A stretch of 64,000 nt of DNA from Eledone cirrhosa (lineage: Eukaryota). The DNA is taken from assembly GCA_964016885.1 (NCBI GenBank), contig OZ024741.1:21886001-21950000 (forward strand). The letters are read 5' to 3'. Under the pieces are notes generated by a model. That model was given only the letters and a program-made list of their open reading frames with translations. It did no database searches and had not been told where the DNA came from. The position numbers were made by a program, and so were the translations under genes. Positions 27,296-40,434 of the stretch are shown here, one piece after another; the first letter of the stretch is position 1; every line of letters starts with the position of its first letter.

Positions 27296-30200
27296 GGGAT
27301 GGACACACGCGTGTAACTTGCTGAATAAGTTCTGCTTAAATTTCTATAAAAATTCTTGACTGTAAACTTTAATTTTTGTACCATTTTATAGAGGTACTGC
27401 CAGGTCAAATTTTGATCTGGTCAGTCTCTCAAAATATTCTACGCCTTTAGGCGAAATAGTTAACAAAAAGTTTTTTGGGTTTGAAAAGTTAACATTTTTT
27501 AAAAATGGCTGAAGCTTCTTCACCAAAATTCGAAGGAGGAAAGGGGAAGATAAGCTTACAGCTTCCCCCTGCCACTGTCACAGTAGCAGAGGTTAAAGAC
27601 AAAGGTCAGCCAGAGAAAGGATTTTCTCCACCTGCTGACCGACAACTTGACGTTGCCATGGCAACAAACCAAACAACCAGCGGCACCAGCAAAAACAATG
27701 CTACGGACGAAAACAACACCAACAACAATAGCAATAACAACAACAACAAGACCAATAACTGTGATAACAACAACAATGATAACAACAACACCACCAACTA
27801 CAACAGCAACCCAAACAAGGAAAAGTCTCCTTCGCCCAGACGGCAAGGAAAACCCTCGACTATCTGCCAGTAGATATAACCAAAGCGAAGGAGCTACTGG
27901 CAGATGCCAAAAAATACATAATGTACGGGGAAAATGGTGCATTTTCGATCCATTCCCCCCCCCCCCGGAACTAAAAAGCCAGAGACTTCTAAACACTGTC
28001 ATGTTTAGGACAATCTCAAATAAAAGCAAAAAAAACAGCTCAACCATCACAGAGTGAGATAGAGCTGATTTTAAAAGACGTCATGAAAGACATCATATTC
28101 ATTCAGAAGGATAGACTCTACGGGAGTCTATCCATTCTCATGAAGGACAGGGACACAGCAGTGAAACTGTCCATAAAACCAATTACATCCACCGCATACA
28201 CCTTCTACCCTACGTACATGGGTAGAAGGACACAAAAAATAAAAATCCACACCATCCTGCCGATTATGGACATATGGTGGGTTTTGACAGGTTTCCTGAA
28301 CCTAGATGATGACACGCTGGTGTCCATGGGAAAGGCATCGGGTGACGCGTTCAGTGGAACGAGCCTCGAACTTGTAGTTCAAATGAGGCCCGAAAGGATC
28401 GCCCAGATCCCTGAACGCGTCATACTGGATGATCAAACTTTTATCAACATTACCGTTGAGGGTAGGTGACCCTCGTGTTACCTCTGTGGAACCAGAGGTC
28501 ACCTGAGGGTTGTCTGTCCTCAACTTAATAAGAAAACCCCAATCCCGCCTACACCACCAACAACTGCACAACCAACACAATCACCACAACCACTTTTACC
28601 AACACCACAAATAACAACACAACCACCACCACCACCACCACCACCACCACCACGACAACAAGAAAAAACAACAGAGAACACCATCCCAACCAACTCTTCC
28701 CCACCCAAAACAAATACAAAAACACACACAGACACTACAGAACCCCAAAACATACCCCTACCCATCAACACGGATGAGGAACCCCTATCGACGGCACCCA
28801 GCGGCGATGAGGAGGAACCCTTCCAACCCGTGAAAAGAATAAAAAGAAAGAACCGCATGAACAAAAACGAAACAAACACACAAACACCAGCACAAACAGC
28901 ACAAAAATCACAAACAAAAGTTCCCCCTCCCGAAAACAAAACACCTACAACAAAGAGAAAACACATGCAGGAACCGCAGACAAAAACAAACACAACACAG
29001 GAAAAGTACACATACACTTATTTAAACGTAGAAAATAGAAAACTGATGGAGACCATCAGATACAACCCTTTGGTCAAAACCGAAGGGAAAACTTTGGATA
29101 GCTCCAACAAAAACAAAAAAATGAACCTAAAACTGATCAGGGTCCCTATAGGAACTTATAGATCCCTAAAAGAAACATTTGTAGAGGACGTGGGGAATTC
29201 CTGCGTGAAACCAATCAACCGCGTCCTCTACAAAGGCCTCCCCACCACAGGCACCCCCACCTAAGTCATCCCCATCCCACCAGACACCCCTTCCCCACCA
29301 AACATCTCCGTCCCCACCCCGCCAGAAACCACCACCCCACCCAACAACCCATCCCCCACCCTCATGGAAATTGTGCAGCCCGATACCCGGGACGCAGAGA
29401 GGTAAGTGCCTTTTCTCTTCACCACCAACATGGCTATGCTAAGAGTAGGCTGTTTAAATGCGCGTGGCCTGGGCTCAACTTGGAAGCAAGCAATGCTTCT
29501 AAATGACCTCAGGGCACAACGTATAGATGTGATGGTTATTTGCGAGGCCCGGATCAGCAACGTGCGACAGCTGGCCCCCACCTTTGATGACTTTGAGATG
29601 CACGCATCTCTCTGTCAGCCCGGAGGTGGGGGTGGGGTTGTCGTTCTGCTGCAAAAACATCTGGGTCTCGCAACACAGACGGTATATTTGGACTCGGAGG
29701 GTCGACTAGTGGTTCTGGACCTTGGCAGTGGTGAAGGCGGAGCGTTTAGGTTGGTAGCCGCCTACGGCCCTTTCGGGTCAATGCGGCTGGACTTCTTCCA
29801 TCGTCTGGAGACTTTTCTAGGGACGTCCCGCTCCTTGCTATTAGTGGGGGACTGGAATGGTATCATAGATGCACGCTGGGACTACGTAGGGGCCTGTCCC
29901 GATAGAGAGGGGTGTAATAGCCTCAAAGGGTTAATCGGTCGATTTGACCTGGCCGATAGATATCGACTAGATTTTCCGACTGCGCCAACCTGGACTTGGG
30001 CAAATCGCAGCGGATCATCTAGGTCGTACCTAGATAGGTTCTTAGTTAGAAATAAGGATAAGGACTTTTTAAGTTGTCCAAAAATGAGCATGGTTGGCTA
30101 TTCAGACCACAAGTTAGTGAGCTGCATGGTCAACCTTGACAGAACGCATAGACAGGGACCCGGTTACTGGAAGCTCAACTTGTCCTTACCGGCAAGTAAG

Positions 30201-32830
30201 GCTTACAGGGACCGGATTAGCACTTTAGTTAAGGAGCGGTTGACGGGCGCCATCGTCAACAGCAGGTGGTGGGGGATCTCTCAAAAGAGAGATTAGAGTA
30301 GTCTCTATAGAATTTAGTAAGGAGTTAGCCTCAAATAGAAATAGGAAGGAAAGGGAGTTGGTAGATAGTGTAGAAGAGGCAATTAGAAGCGGCGACCTGG
30401 CCAGAGTGCTAGCGTCGAGAACGGCCCTGGGCCAGTTCTTCGACGCGAAACACGAAGGCTGCATCGTCCGAAGCAAAATACGTGATCTGGGAAACGAGGG
30501 GACCAAAGTTGTCAGTTGGGCCCGCGTGACAGAAGCCAAAATGCTGAACCAATGCGGCAAACGCAAATCTCCAGGTCTCGACGGTCTACCCTACGAATTT
30601 ACGTAGCAATGCCGGACTTGTTCTCCGGTCTCCTGGAAGCGGTCTACTGCAACTGGCAGCAGAACGGAAGAATTCCCAGTTCTGTGACCAAGCGCGTAAT
30701 CACGTTAGTCAGGAAGGACGAGAATAAGGGGGATGACATAGGCAACCTCCGGCCCATAACTCTGCTAAACACAGAGTTACAGATTTTGGCCAAGGTGTTG
30801 GCAAAGAGGCTGGCGCTTGTCGTCGAAAACCTGGTGGGAGAAGCGCAGACATGCGCAATCCCGACCTGGTCCATACACGACAACCTCCACCTCATGCGAT
30901 ACATCATAGAGAGGGTAGGGTGTAAACCCGACTTCGGTGGGGCCCTGATCAACTTGGATCAGTCTAAGGCTTTCGATAGGGTTGACCATCGTTACCTGGA
31001 TGCGGTGCTCGAGGGGGCAGGCTTCGGTCCCGTGTTCAGGGGCTGGATTGCTGCAATGCACAACAGCAACATCTGCTCAAGGGTCAAGGTGAACGGCTAC
31101 CTCTCAGAGCCGTTCCATATCACGCGATCCATCCGACAGGGATGCCCTCTCTCCTCCCTTCTGTACTCTCGAGCCACAACTGCGTAAGTTGGAGCTATTG
31201 CAGGGCATCCCTCTGGAACCGGGACTGCGAAAAGCGGCGTCGGCCTATGTCGACGACGTGACAGTGATGGTGTCGAGCGCCTCGCAAATCGGGGAGATCG
31301 GCACCTTACTGGAGGAATACGAAAGGTTCACAGGAGCGAAGCTGAACCGGGACAAATCCGTCGGTTTGCAACTCGGAACGTGGAGAGTCAAACCGATGGC
31401 CTTCCGATGACGTCGTCGGACGCTGGACGGAAGGACCAGTAAAGCTGCTCGGAGTCTGGTTTGGTCCTGATCTCCAGGTGGTGAAGAACTGGAACGAGGT
31501 GACGGCCAAGGTGTTTGCGCTCACCCAGAAGTGGGCCTAGTGCAAACTATTCTTGAAAGGTCGAGCGGAGGTGGCAAACACTTTTATAGCGTTCGTCATC
31601 TAATACCGCTTGACCGTTGTGCCTTGTCCAGCCAAAAGCTCACCAAAATGGAGCGCGCGCTCTTCCAATTCCTTTGGAAGAAACGAGCTCCTTTGGTGAG
31701 AAGATCCATCTGCTGCCAACACCTTTCAAACGGAGTGCTGGGGATGCCGTGGCTGACGATGCGCAAACACGCGCTCAGGCTGCGGCATCTCTACGTATTC
31801 CTCACCAGACAACAGGTTCGTGAGGCGAGCCTTCCCACGACTCGTCTCGCTGACTGAGCTGCAGTCCTGGGTCAATCAAAGACCGGGAAAATGGGCGACT
31901 GGTACATCGAATGTGCTCAGGTGCTCACAGTCCTCTGGCAAATGGACCCGGCGATCAGTGGAGACTCCACTTCGACATTCTATAGAGGGTTGGTCCGCAG
32001 CAAGTGCGACGACACGCTCGGAGAAACTCTAGGCGTAGAGGAGGACGAACTGGCCAGTCTGTTCGGTAGGACATTCCGCCCGGGACCAATGGACAACTTC
32101 CAAAAGTCCCTGGCCTGGCAGTGCTACCGAGGAGCTCTACCAGTTCGAGACAAGCTCTACAGACACGGGCGCCCGGGTAAGGACCCTTCGAAAAAGATCT
32201 GTCCGAGATGCGTGCGCGACGAGGAAACCATCGCACACGCATTTGTACACTGCCCAGGCGTTACCGACCTGTGGGGCTATGTAGAACGACTATTGTTGCG
32301 GGTGGGACCAATCCAGTTGACCACCGAGTCCATTGTCATGATCAAACCGCCACCCTCCTTCAAAAACGAGGGAGGGGCGGTTTGCCTATGTGTTATGGCT
32401 ATGGTGAAAGAGGTAAAAAGGGCTGAGGTCAGACACCTTTCTCTCCAGCGAGCAGCTGATTCGTTTTTTCAAATATCATTTTGGAAGAAGAATCAGGATG
32501 GACAGAGAGGTGCTTTACCCCAGCAAATTTTATAAAAGGTGGGTGAATGTGGAAAAGATGGCCCGAGTGGTTGAGTCTTCTCTCTATATAAGCCTGTAGG
32601 TTGAGGAAAAAGAGGAAGAGAGGAAGGGAGTACTCACTCTTGGTGCTCCTGGAGATGAGGGTTGTACATTTTTTCGGCGTGTGTACAACCCCTGTGTAAC
32701 ACCTCCCCCCTATTGGGGATTTCAATTGTTATTTGTTATTGTATTAATAGTTTTATTTTCATATACCTGTATGTAAACTCCCCATTTGTATTTGTCCCCT
32801 TCTTTTGTGCCCTTGTGGCTAATAAAGAAA
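27296..32830 (+). mobile_element. Full-length Tx1-clade element, subfamily C (degenerate, internal deletion near 30540)
   Basis: ORF1 pieces 27505-29405; ORF2 from ATG 29430 to TAG 32599 with many disruptions; same 3' terminal motif. Confidence 0.9.
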
Positions 32831-33097
32831 TATATATACTACTAAAGCTCTGTGATTGTGTCATGTAATTTAATACAGCGAAAACGGCGCATAATGGGAA
32901 AATACTTTGAAAGCAAGTTGCCCCTCAAATGGGAATAGAAATGGAATAAAACAAATTTTCTGTAAATCGGAGCACGGGTTTCCGAAATACGGGGTTTTTC
33001 AGAGTACCTTCATAGAGAGAGAAATATAGAGAGAAAGAGATAGAGGTTGTGAGAGAGTAGACTGAAAGAGAGACATAGAGAGATGTAGACAGGGAAG

Positions 33098-33099
<2 letters not shown>

Positions 33100-33172
<73 letters not shown>

Positions 33173-33847
33173 GGTGGTGTTGTTGAATGAAATTATAACA
33201 GGTGACTTCAAAGAATCGTATACAGCATTACTGTATCTAACTCAAATTTGCTGACTGAATATTAAGTTATATGTATCATATAACTTGTTAGATTTCCTGC
33301 TAAATAGGAATGGTTTCTTAGTGTGTGTGTGTGTATATATATATGTTTGTGTGTGTATATATGTGTGTGTGTGTGTCTATGACCAGTGTATATAGGTCAC
33401 AGATACCCCCCCCCCAATCTATATATATATATATACATATGTATGTATGTATGTATGTATGTGTGTGTGTGTATATATGTATACATACAGAAACAGGTAA
33501 TGACGTAACCACTACCATGCTAATCGATATTCCGCGATCAATCAACACTCTGAAATTACCGTAAACAATGAACAATTAACTGCCTATCTCTGACTTGTTT
33601 TGTTTTCATTGTTCTATATACACACACACATATACACACACAAACACACACACACATGTACACACACAAACACATACACACCTATACACACACAAACACA
33701 CACACAGATACGCATACAAACACACACACAGATACGCACACAAACACACACACAGAAACACACACAAACACACAGAGATACACACACAAACATACACATA
33801 GATACACACACAAAGACACACATAGATTCCCACACAAGCACACACAC
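33100..33847. repeat. (GA)n, (TG/TA)n and (CA)n microsatellites
   Basis: Direct reading. Confidence 0.85.
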
Positions 33848-34022
33848 AGAGTGTCAACTCTGGATGTCGATGAGCATGTCCAGCTAACCTCAGTCTCCTC
33901 TGTGCTACTCTCGAGCTGACTTTTGGGAGGCTCCCGTACAGCTCTGAGTTCTTCATCCTCAGTGTACACTGATTAATGTTCACAGCCATCCTCAGCCTTC
34001 TCGTGTAGCACCCATCCACCAT
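33848..34022 (-). pseudogene. RTE-type LINE C-terminal fragment
   Basis: DGCYTRRLRMAVNI...NSELYGSLPKVSSRVAQRRLRLAGHAHRHPE. Confidence 0.75.
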
Positions 34023-34201
34023 CTGTAGTGGAGTCTCTATATATATATGGTTAATATAAAGAACTATGTGCTCATGTACGGAAATGCGATAAATTAGGGA
34101 GAAGTCCCTTCAAAGACAGAAAAAAGTTGCCATCTGCCGCCATGAAGTATTGAACCCTATATTTCTCTGGTACCGGCTGGCTTCTTTTAACCATTATTCA
34201 A

Positions 34202-34338
34202 AGGTGAATTGGCAGTATCGGTAGAGTTCAAATCCCGTCGAGGTTAACTTTGCCTTTCATCCTTACGGAGTCGATAAAATAAAGTACCAGTAATGTACTG
34301 GGTATTTGCTGGCCTTGTGCCAAAAGTAGAAACAATTA
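34202..34338 (+). mobile_element. tRNA-derived SINE with internal deletion between A and B boxes
   Basis: tggcagtatcggta directly followed by gagttcaaatcc; the body matches the other copies. Confidence 0.8.
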
Positions 34339-34762
34339 TACAAAGGAACTGTGACAACTCTTACCATCTTAAATTAGGTGATAGCTGTATATCTGTGTAT
34401 GTGTGTGTGTATGGAAGTGTGTGTATGTGTATGTGTGTGTGTATGTGAGTGTGTATGTGTATGGGTGTGTATGTGTGTGTATATGTGTGTGTATATGAGT
34501 GTGTGCATGTGTATGTGTGTGTATGTATGTATGTGTGTATATGTGTTAGTATATATACCCTACATACTAAATAAAACTACAGTAGGGCATCACACAGTTT
34601 TATTTATGTAGGGAACATCTTTACTTACAAACCTGTTATATGGTAAACACGACTGGCTTTCAGTTGGATAATTTATATTAAGGTGTTTTCTTATTTACTT
34701 ATTGGTTACTTAGCCTTAGTTCGGAACACACACACACACCCACACACACCCACACACGCGCG

Positions 34763-34850
<88 letters not shown>

Positions 34851-35166
34851 CGTTCTCTCTCTCTCTCACACACACATACACACACACTCACGCACAGATA
34901 TATGTGTGTGTGAGTGAGTGTGAGATGGATAGATAAATTTCTATTTATTTGCCACGAGGGCACAAAAGAAGGGGACAAATACACAGTGGGGGAGTTTACA
35001 TAAATCGAGTAAAGAAAAAGGAATAACAATAATAATATAATAATAAAAAGTCCTCAAAAGGGAGGGGGCGTGTTGGGGATTGCACATACCCCCGAAAAGT
35101 GTGCAACCCTTTTCGCGGGGGAAGCCCAGAGAGGAGGCGCTCCCCCTTTCCTCTTCACTTCTTCAC

Positions 35167-38100
35167 CTACAGAACAATGTAGAGAGAAGGCCCATTTACA
35201 CGAGCCATTCTCGCTTCTTTCACCCACCTTTCATAAAACTGTCTGGGGCCAAGCACTTCTCTCTCCATCCTGATCCTTCTTCCGAAGTGGTATCGGAAGA
35301 AGTAAACCAGGTGATGGCCGGAGAGAAAGTCACCCGACCTCAGACCTTTCAGGCGCGTCCACCACACAACCTCTTTCATCATGGCTATTACGCACAGAAA
35401 GACCGCCTCTGCTTCGTTTCTGAAGGGAGGAGGCGGCTTGATGTTCACCACAGACTCGGCGGTTAATCGAATCGGCGCCACACGCGACAGCAGTCGTTCG
35501 ACGTAGCCCCACAGATCGGCAACGCCCGGGCAGTGTACCAGTGCATGCGCAACGGTTTCCTCGTCGCGCACGCATCTGGGATAGATCTTTTTCGCGGGAT
35601 CCCTGCCCGGGCGCCCGTGTCTGTAGAGCTTTTCTCGAACGGGCAGAGCCCCCCGGTAACACTGCCAGGCTAGGGACCTCTGGAAGTTGTCCATGGGTCC
35701 CGGGCCGAAAGTTCTACCGAACAGGCTGGCCAGTTCGTCCTCCTCCATGCCTAGCGACTCTCCAAGGGTGTCGTCGCCCCTGCTAGCCACCAACCCTCTA
35801 TAGAATGTCGAGGTGGATTCTCCACTGACAGTCGGGTCCGCTTGCCAGATAGCCGTGAGCGCCTGGGCACACTCGGTGTGCCAGTTGCCCAGTTTTCTCG
35901 GTCTTTGCTTCACCCAGGATTGCAGTTCGGTGAGCGAGACGAGCTGTGGGAAGGCTCGCCTCACAAACGGGGCCCACACCGGCTGACCGTTGAGGAATAC
36001 CTGTAGATGCCGTAGCCTCAATGCGTGCCTACGCATCAACAGCCACGGCATACCCAGCCCTCCTTTCGAAGGGTGCTGGCAGCAGATGGATCTCCTCACC
36101 ATGGGAGGCCGCTTCTTCCAGAGGAACTGGAAGAGCATGCGTTCCATGATGGTGAGCTTTTCCTTGGGGCAAGGCACGACGGTCAGGCGGTAGTAGATGA
36201 CGGACGCTATGTAAGCGTTCGTCACCTCCGCCCGACCTTTCAGTGATAGTTTGCACTTGGCCCACTTCTGGGTCAGCGCAAACACCCTGCTCGTCACCTC
36301 GCCCCAATTCTTCTCCACCTGGAGGTCCGGTCCGAACCAGACCCCGAGCAGCTTCACCGGGCCCTCCGTCCACCGCCCGACGACACCGTCTAACGGCATC
36401 GGTTTGCCCCTCCACGTTCCGAGTTGCAAACCGACTGACTTGTCCTGGTTCAGCTTAGCCCCCGTCAGCCTTTCGTATTCCTCCAGTAGGGTGGCGATCG
36501 CCCCGATTTCCGAGGCGTCCGCCACCATTACTGTTACGTCGTCGGCATAGGCCGAGACCGCTTTGTGCAATCCCGGTTCCAGGGGTATGCCCCGCAGCAA
36601 CTCCAACTTCCGCAGCAGTGGCTCGAGAGTCAATACGTACAGAAGGGAGGAGAGGGGGCACCCCTGTCTGATGGATCGGGTGATTTGAAACGGCTCCGAG
36701 AGGTAGCCGTTTACTTTAATCCTAGAGTAGATGTTGCCACTGTGCATGGCAGAAATCCAGCCCCTGAAAACGGGTCCGAAGCCCGCCGCCGCTAGCACCG
36801 CATCCAGGTAACCATGGTCGACCCTATCGAACGCCTTAGATTGATCCAAGTTGATCAGGGCCCCACCAAAGCCGGGTTCGTAGCCAACCCTCTCTATGAT
36901 GTATCGCATGAGGTGGAGGTTGTCGTGAATGGACCTGGACGGGATAGCGCATGTCTGCGCGTCTCCCACCAAACCACCCACCACAAGCGCCAACCTCTTC
37001 GCCAACACCTTGGCCAAAATCTGTAACTCTGCATTCAGCAGAGTTATGGGCCTAAAGTTACTTAAGTCGTCCCCCTTGCTCTCGTCCTTCCTCACTAGCG
37101 TGACCACGCCCTTGGTCACAGAACAGGGAATTCTCCCGTTCTGTTGCCAGTTGCAATAGACAGCCTCGAGGAGTTCGGAGAACAAGACCGGCATAGCTAA
37201 ATAAAGTTCGTATGGTAGACCATCGAGACCCGGGGATTTGCGTCTGCTGCATTGGCTGAGCGCTTCCCCGATTTCAGTGGCTGTGATTGGCCTTTCGCAG
37301 CACTCCGCTTCGCCGCTCGAAAGACGCGGTAGACCGTCGAGGTATGGACCGAAGTCCACATCCCCGTCCGGCCCCCCGCCACCTCCGAACAGTCGAGCAA
37401 AGTGCCTTTGAAAGGCCTCGCACATTCGCTCAGGTTCAAGGATCACCCGTCCATCCTGGTCTCGCAAAGACCGAATGGTGGATTTAATCCCACTCTTGGC
37501 TTCTGTCACGCGGGCCCAGCTAACAGCTTTGGTCCCCTCGTTTCCTAAAGCACGTATTTTACTTCGGACAACGCAGCCTTCGTGCTTCGCGTCAAAGAAC
37601 TGGCTCAACGCCGTTCTCGCCGCTAACACTCTGGCTACGTCTCCGCTCCTAATCGCCTCTTCTAGTTTATCTGTTAACTCCCTTTCCTTCCTATTTCTAT
37701 TCGCCGCTAGTTCCTTACTGTAACCTATCGAACTTACTCTAATCTCTCTCTTTAGAGATACCCACCACCTACTGTTGACGATCGCTCCCGTCAACCGCAT
37801 CTTAACTAAGCTACTAATCCGGTTTCTGTAATCTTTCTTTGTCGGCAAGGACAAGTTCATCTTCCAGTAACCGGGACCCTGTCTATACGTTCTATCAAGG
37901 TTGACCACGCAGGTCACTAATTTGTGATCTGAATAGCCAACCATGATCAGTTCTGGACAACTAAATACGTCCCTATCCTTACTCCTAACCAAAAACCTAT
38001 CTAGGTACGATCTAGATTGTCCACTGCGGTTTGCCCAGGTCCAGGTTGGCGCAGTTGGACAATCTAGTCGAAATCTATCGACCAGGTCGAATCGATCGAG

Positions 38101-38605
38101 TAACCCCTTGAGGCTGCTACACCCCCCTCTATCGAGACATGCCCCTGCATAGTCCCAACGCGCATCTAGGATTCCATTCCAGTCCCCCACTAAAAGCAGG
38201 GAACGCGACGTTCCTAGAAAAGTCTCCAGACGCTGGAAGAAGTCGGCTCTTTCCGCCCCGAAGGGAGCATAAAGACCGACCAGTCTGAAAGCCCCGCCTT
38301 CACCGCCTCCGACGTCCAGCACCAGTAATCGACCCCCCGGGTCCGAGTGAACAATCTGTACGTCGAGAGTCAGACGTTTATCCAGCAGTACGGCAACTCC
38401 CCACCCCGCCTCCGGGTTGACAGAGAGATGCGTGCATCCCAAAGTCATCGAAGGCGGGCGCCAGCTGTCTCACGCTGCTGATCCGACTCTCGCAAACAAC
38501 CATCACATCTATACTTTGTGACCTGAGGTCACTTAGAAGCTTTGCTTGCTTCCAAGCTGAGCTCAGGTCACGCGCGTTCAAACAGCCAACTCTCAATTGA
38601 TCTAT
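35167..38605 (-). pseudogene. Tx1 G ORF2 (APE-RT-Cys); one frameshift near 38400 and ATA at the start position
   Basis: ORFs 38378-38596 (N-terminus) and 35167-38448 (remainder). Confidence 0.85.
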
Positions 38606-40434
38606 TTTGGTGTTGAAAGTGAAGAAAGAAAAGCACTTACCTCTCCGGGTTGCGTAATTTCCATGGCATCAGGTGTGTTGGGTGGAGGGATGTTTTGTGG
38701 TAGTGTGGGGGTACACGTGTGTGGTGGGGTTGGGGTATTTGGAGTTGTGTCAGGGAGAGGGGCGGTTATGGGGAAATCTTTCAAGAGGACGCGATTCAAC
38801 GGTTTTAAACAGGGGGGGCTCACGTCCCGTCTAAATTGTTCTTTTAAGGAACGATAAAGGTCCAGAGGGACCTTTATCATTTTTAAATGGGTGAAGTTCT
38901 CTGTTGAGATAAAGTTTGGCCCTTCGGTCTGCACCATAAGGTTATTGTTTATTAATTTAACCAGTTTTTTGTTTTCTTTATTTATATATGTGTATTGCAA
39001 CGTCTTTTTTTGTGATGCTGTCAATGTTTCGGAGAGGGGAGGCGCAGATTTATTTTTGTTTGTTGAGGGTGGGGTGTTTTTGATTGGAGTTGGTGTTTGT
39101 GTGTGGGTTATTTGTGGTGTGCTGGGTGTGTGTTTTCTTTTTTTTCTTTTAACTTGTCTGAAGGCTTCTCCTCCTTCTTCTTCAGAAGTTGGGGGAAACT
39201 CTTCAGCGCTAGGTGGGAGGGACATGTTGTGTGGTTGTTTTTTTTTTGCGGGAGGGGTAGATTTGTTACTGTTTTTTTTATTATTTGTTTGGAATGGGTT
39301 TTGTGGTGGTGGTGGTAATGTTTGTGTCGTGCTTGTGGTTGGTGATGGTGGTGGTGATGTTTGTGTTGTGGTTGGTGGTGGTGATTTTTGTGTCGTGCTT
39401 GTGTTTGGTGCTGGTGGTGGTGATGTTTGTGTTGTGTTTGTGGTTGGTGGTGTCTGTATTTTGTTTGCTGTGTGTGGTATTAGTGTATTTTTGGAGGTGG
39501 GTGGTGTTGGTGTACTGTTTGTGGTGGGTGTGGGCAATAGTCCTTTTTGGGGGATACGTTTCGGGCAGTTAGCCTTAACGTGTCCCCTTTCCATGCATAA
39601 ATAGCATGCTGGTCTTCTCCCCTCTACAATTATGTCTATTGGGGTAAGGTCATCCAGCCAGATGCGATCCGGGATTTGTGCTATTCTTTCGGGCCTCATT
39701 TGGACTAGTATGTCGAGGCCCATTCCCAGGAACGCATCTCCAGTTGCCTTCCCCATTGACAGCATTGTGTCTTCGCCCATATCTATGAAGCCAGCAATAG
39801 CCCACCAGAAGTCCATTGTGGGCAGCATTGTTTTTACTTTTACTCTCTGTGTTCTTCTACCCATGTAGGAGGGATAGAAGCTGTATGTTGTCGATGAGAG
39901 TGGGCTTAGGGAAAGCTTCTCCGCCGTTTCCTTGTCTCTTGTTAGGACCGAAATGCTGCCATAGAGTCGCTCCTTTCGTATGAAGAGAATATTCTTCATA
40001 TAGTCTTTTAGGACTAACTCTATTTCCATTTGGCTGGGCTGTGCTGGCTTTCTTGTCTGGTTCAGTATAGTTCTGAAGAGAACTGTGCTTTCTGTTCTGG
40101 CTTTCTTGAATTCTGGGGGGGAGTTAATGGAAAACATTCCGTTCTCCCCCAAAACAATGTGTTTCTTTGCTTCGGCCAGTTTTTCTCTGGCGGCAGTTAG
40201 GTCAATTGGTGTGTATGTAATGGATTGTTTTGTTTTCTGGGCGAAAGTTGCCCTGTCGTTATTTGTATTATTTTCTGTTTGTTTGTTTTCTGTTTGCTCA
40301 TTTTCCTTAACATTTGTTTTTTCATTTTGTTTGTTTGTTTCAATGTCTAGTTTTGTTGTAATTATTTTTTGTTCTTCAGACTTGGGGGGCGTGGCAGAGC
40401 TAATGGCAGACATGTCTGCCATCTTTTCCGCCAT
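38602..40434 (-). CDS. Tx1 G ORF1 protein (CYLCMERGHVKANC knuckle, P/T-rich linker, conserved C-terminal domain)
   Basis: Uninterrupted 610-aa ORF homologous to the other ORF1s in the window. Confidence 0.88.
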   Translation of the reverse strand: MAEKMADMSAISSATPPKSEEQKIITTKLDIETNKQNEKTNVKENEQTENKQTENNTNNDRATFAQKTKQSITYTPIDLTAAREKLAEAKKHIVLGENGMFSINSPPEFKKARTESTVLFRTILNQTRKPAQPSQMEIELVLKDYMKNILFIRKERLYGSISVLTRDKETAEKLSLSPLSSTTYSFYPSYMGRRTQRVKVKTMLPTMDFWWAIAGFIDMGEDTMLSMGKATGDAFLGMGLDILVQMRPERIAQIPDRIWLDDLTPIDIIVEGRRPACYLCMERGHVKANCPKRIPQKGLLPTPTTNSTPTPPTSKNTLIPHTANKIQTPPTTNTTQTSPPPAPNTSTTQKSPPPTTTQTSPPPSPTTSTTQTLPPPPQNPFQTNNKKNSNKSTPPAKKKQPHNMSLPPSAEEFPPTSEEEGGEAFRQVKRKKRKHTPSTPQITHTQTPTPIKNTPPSTNKNKSAPPLSETLTASQKKTLQYTYINKENKKLVKLINNNLMVQTEGPNFISTENFTHLKMIKVPLDLYRSLKEQFRRDVSPPCLKPLNRVLLKDFPITAPLPDTTPNTPTPPHTCTPTLPQNIPPPNTPDAMEITQPGEVSAFLSSLSTPK

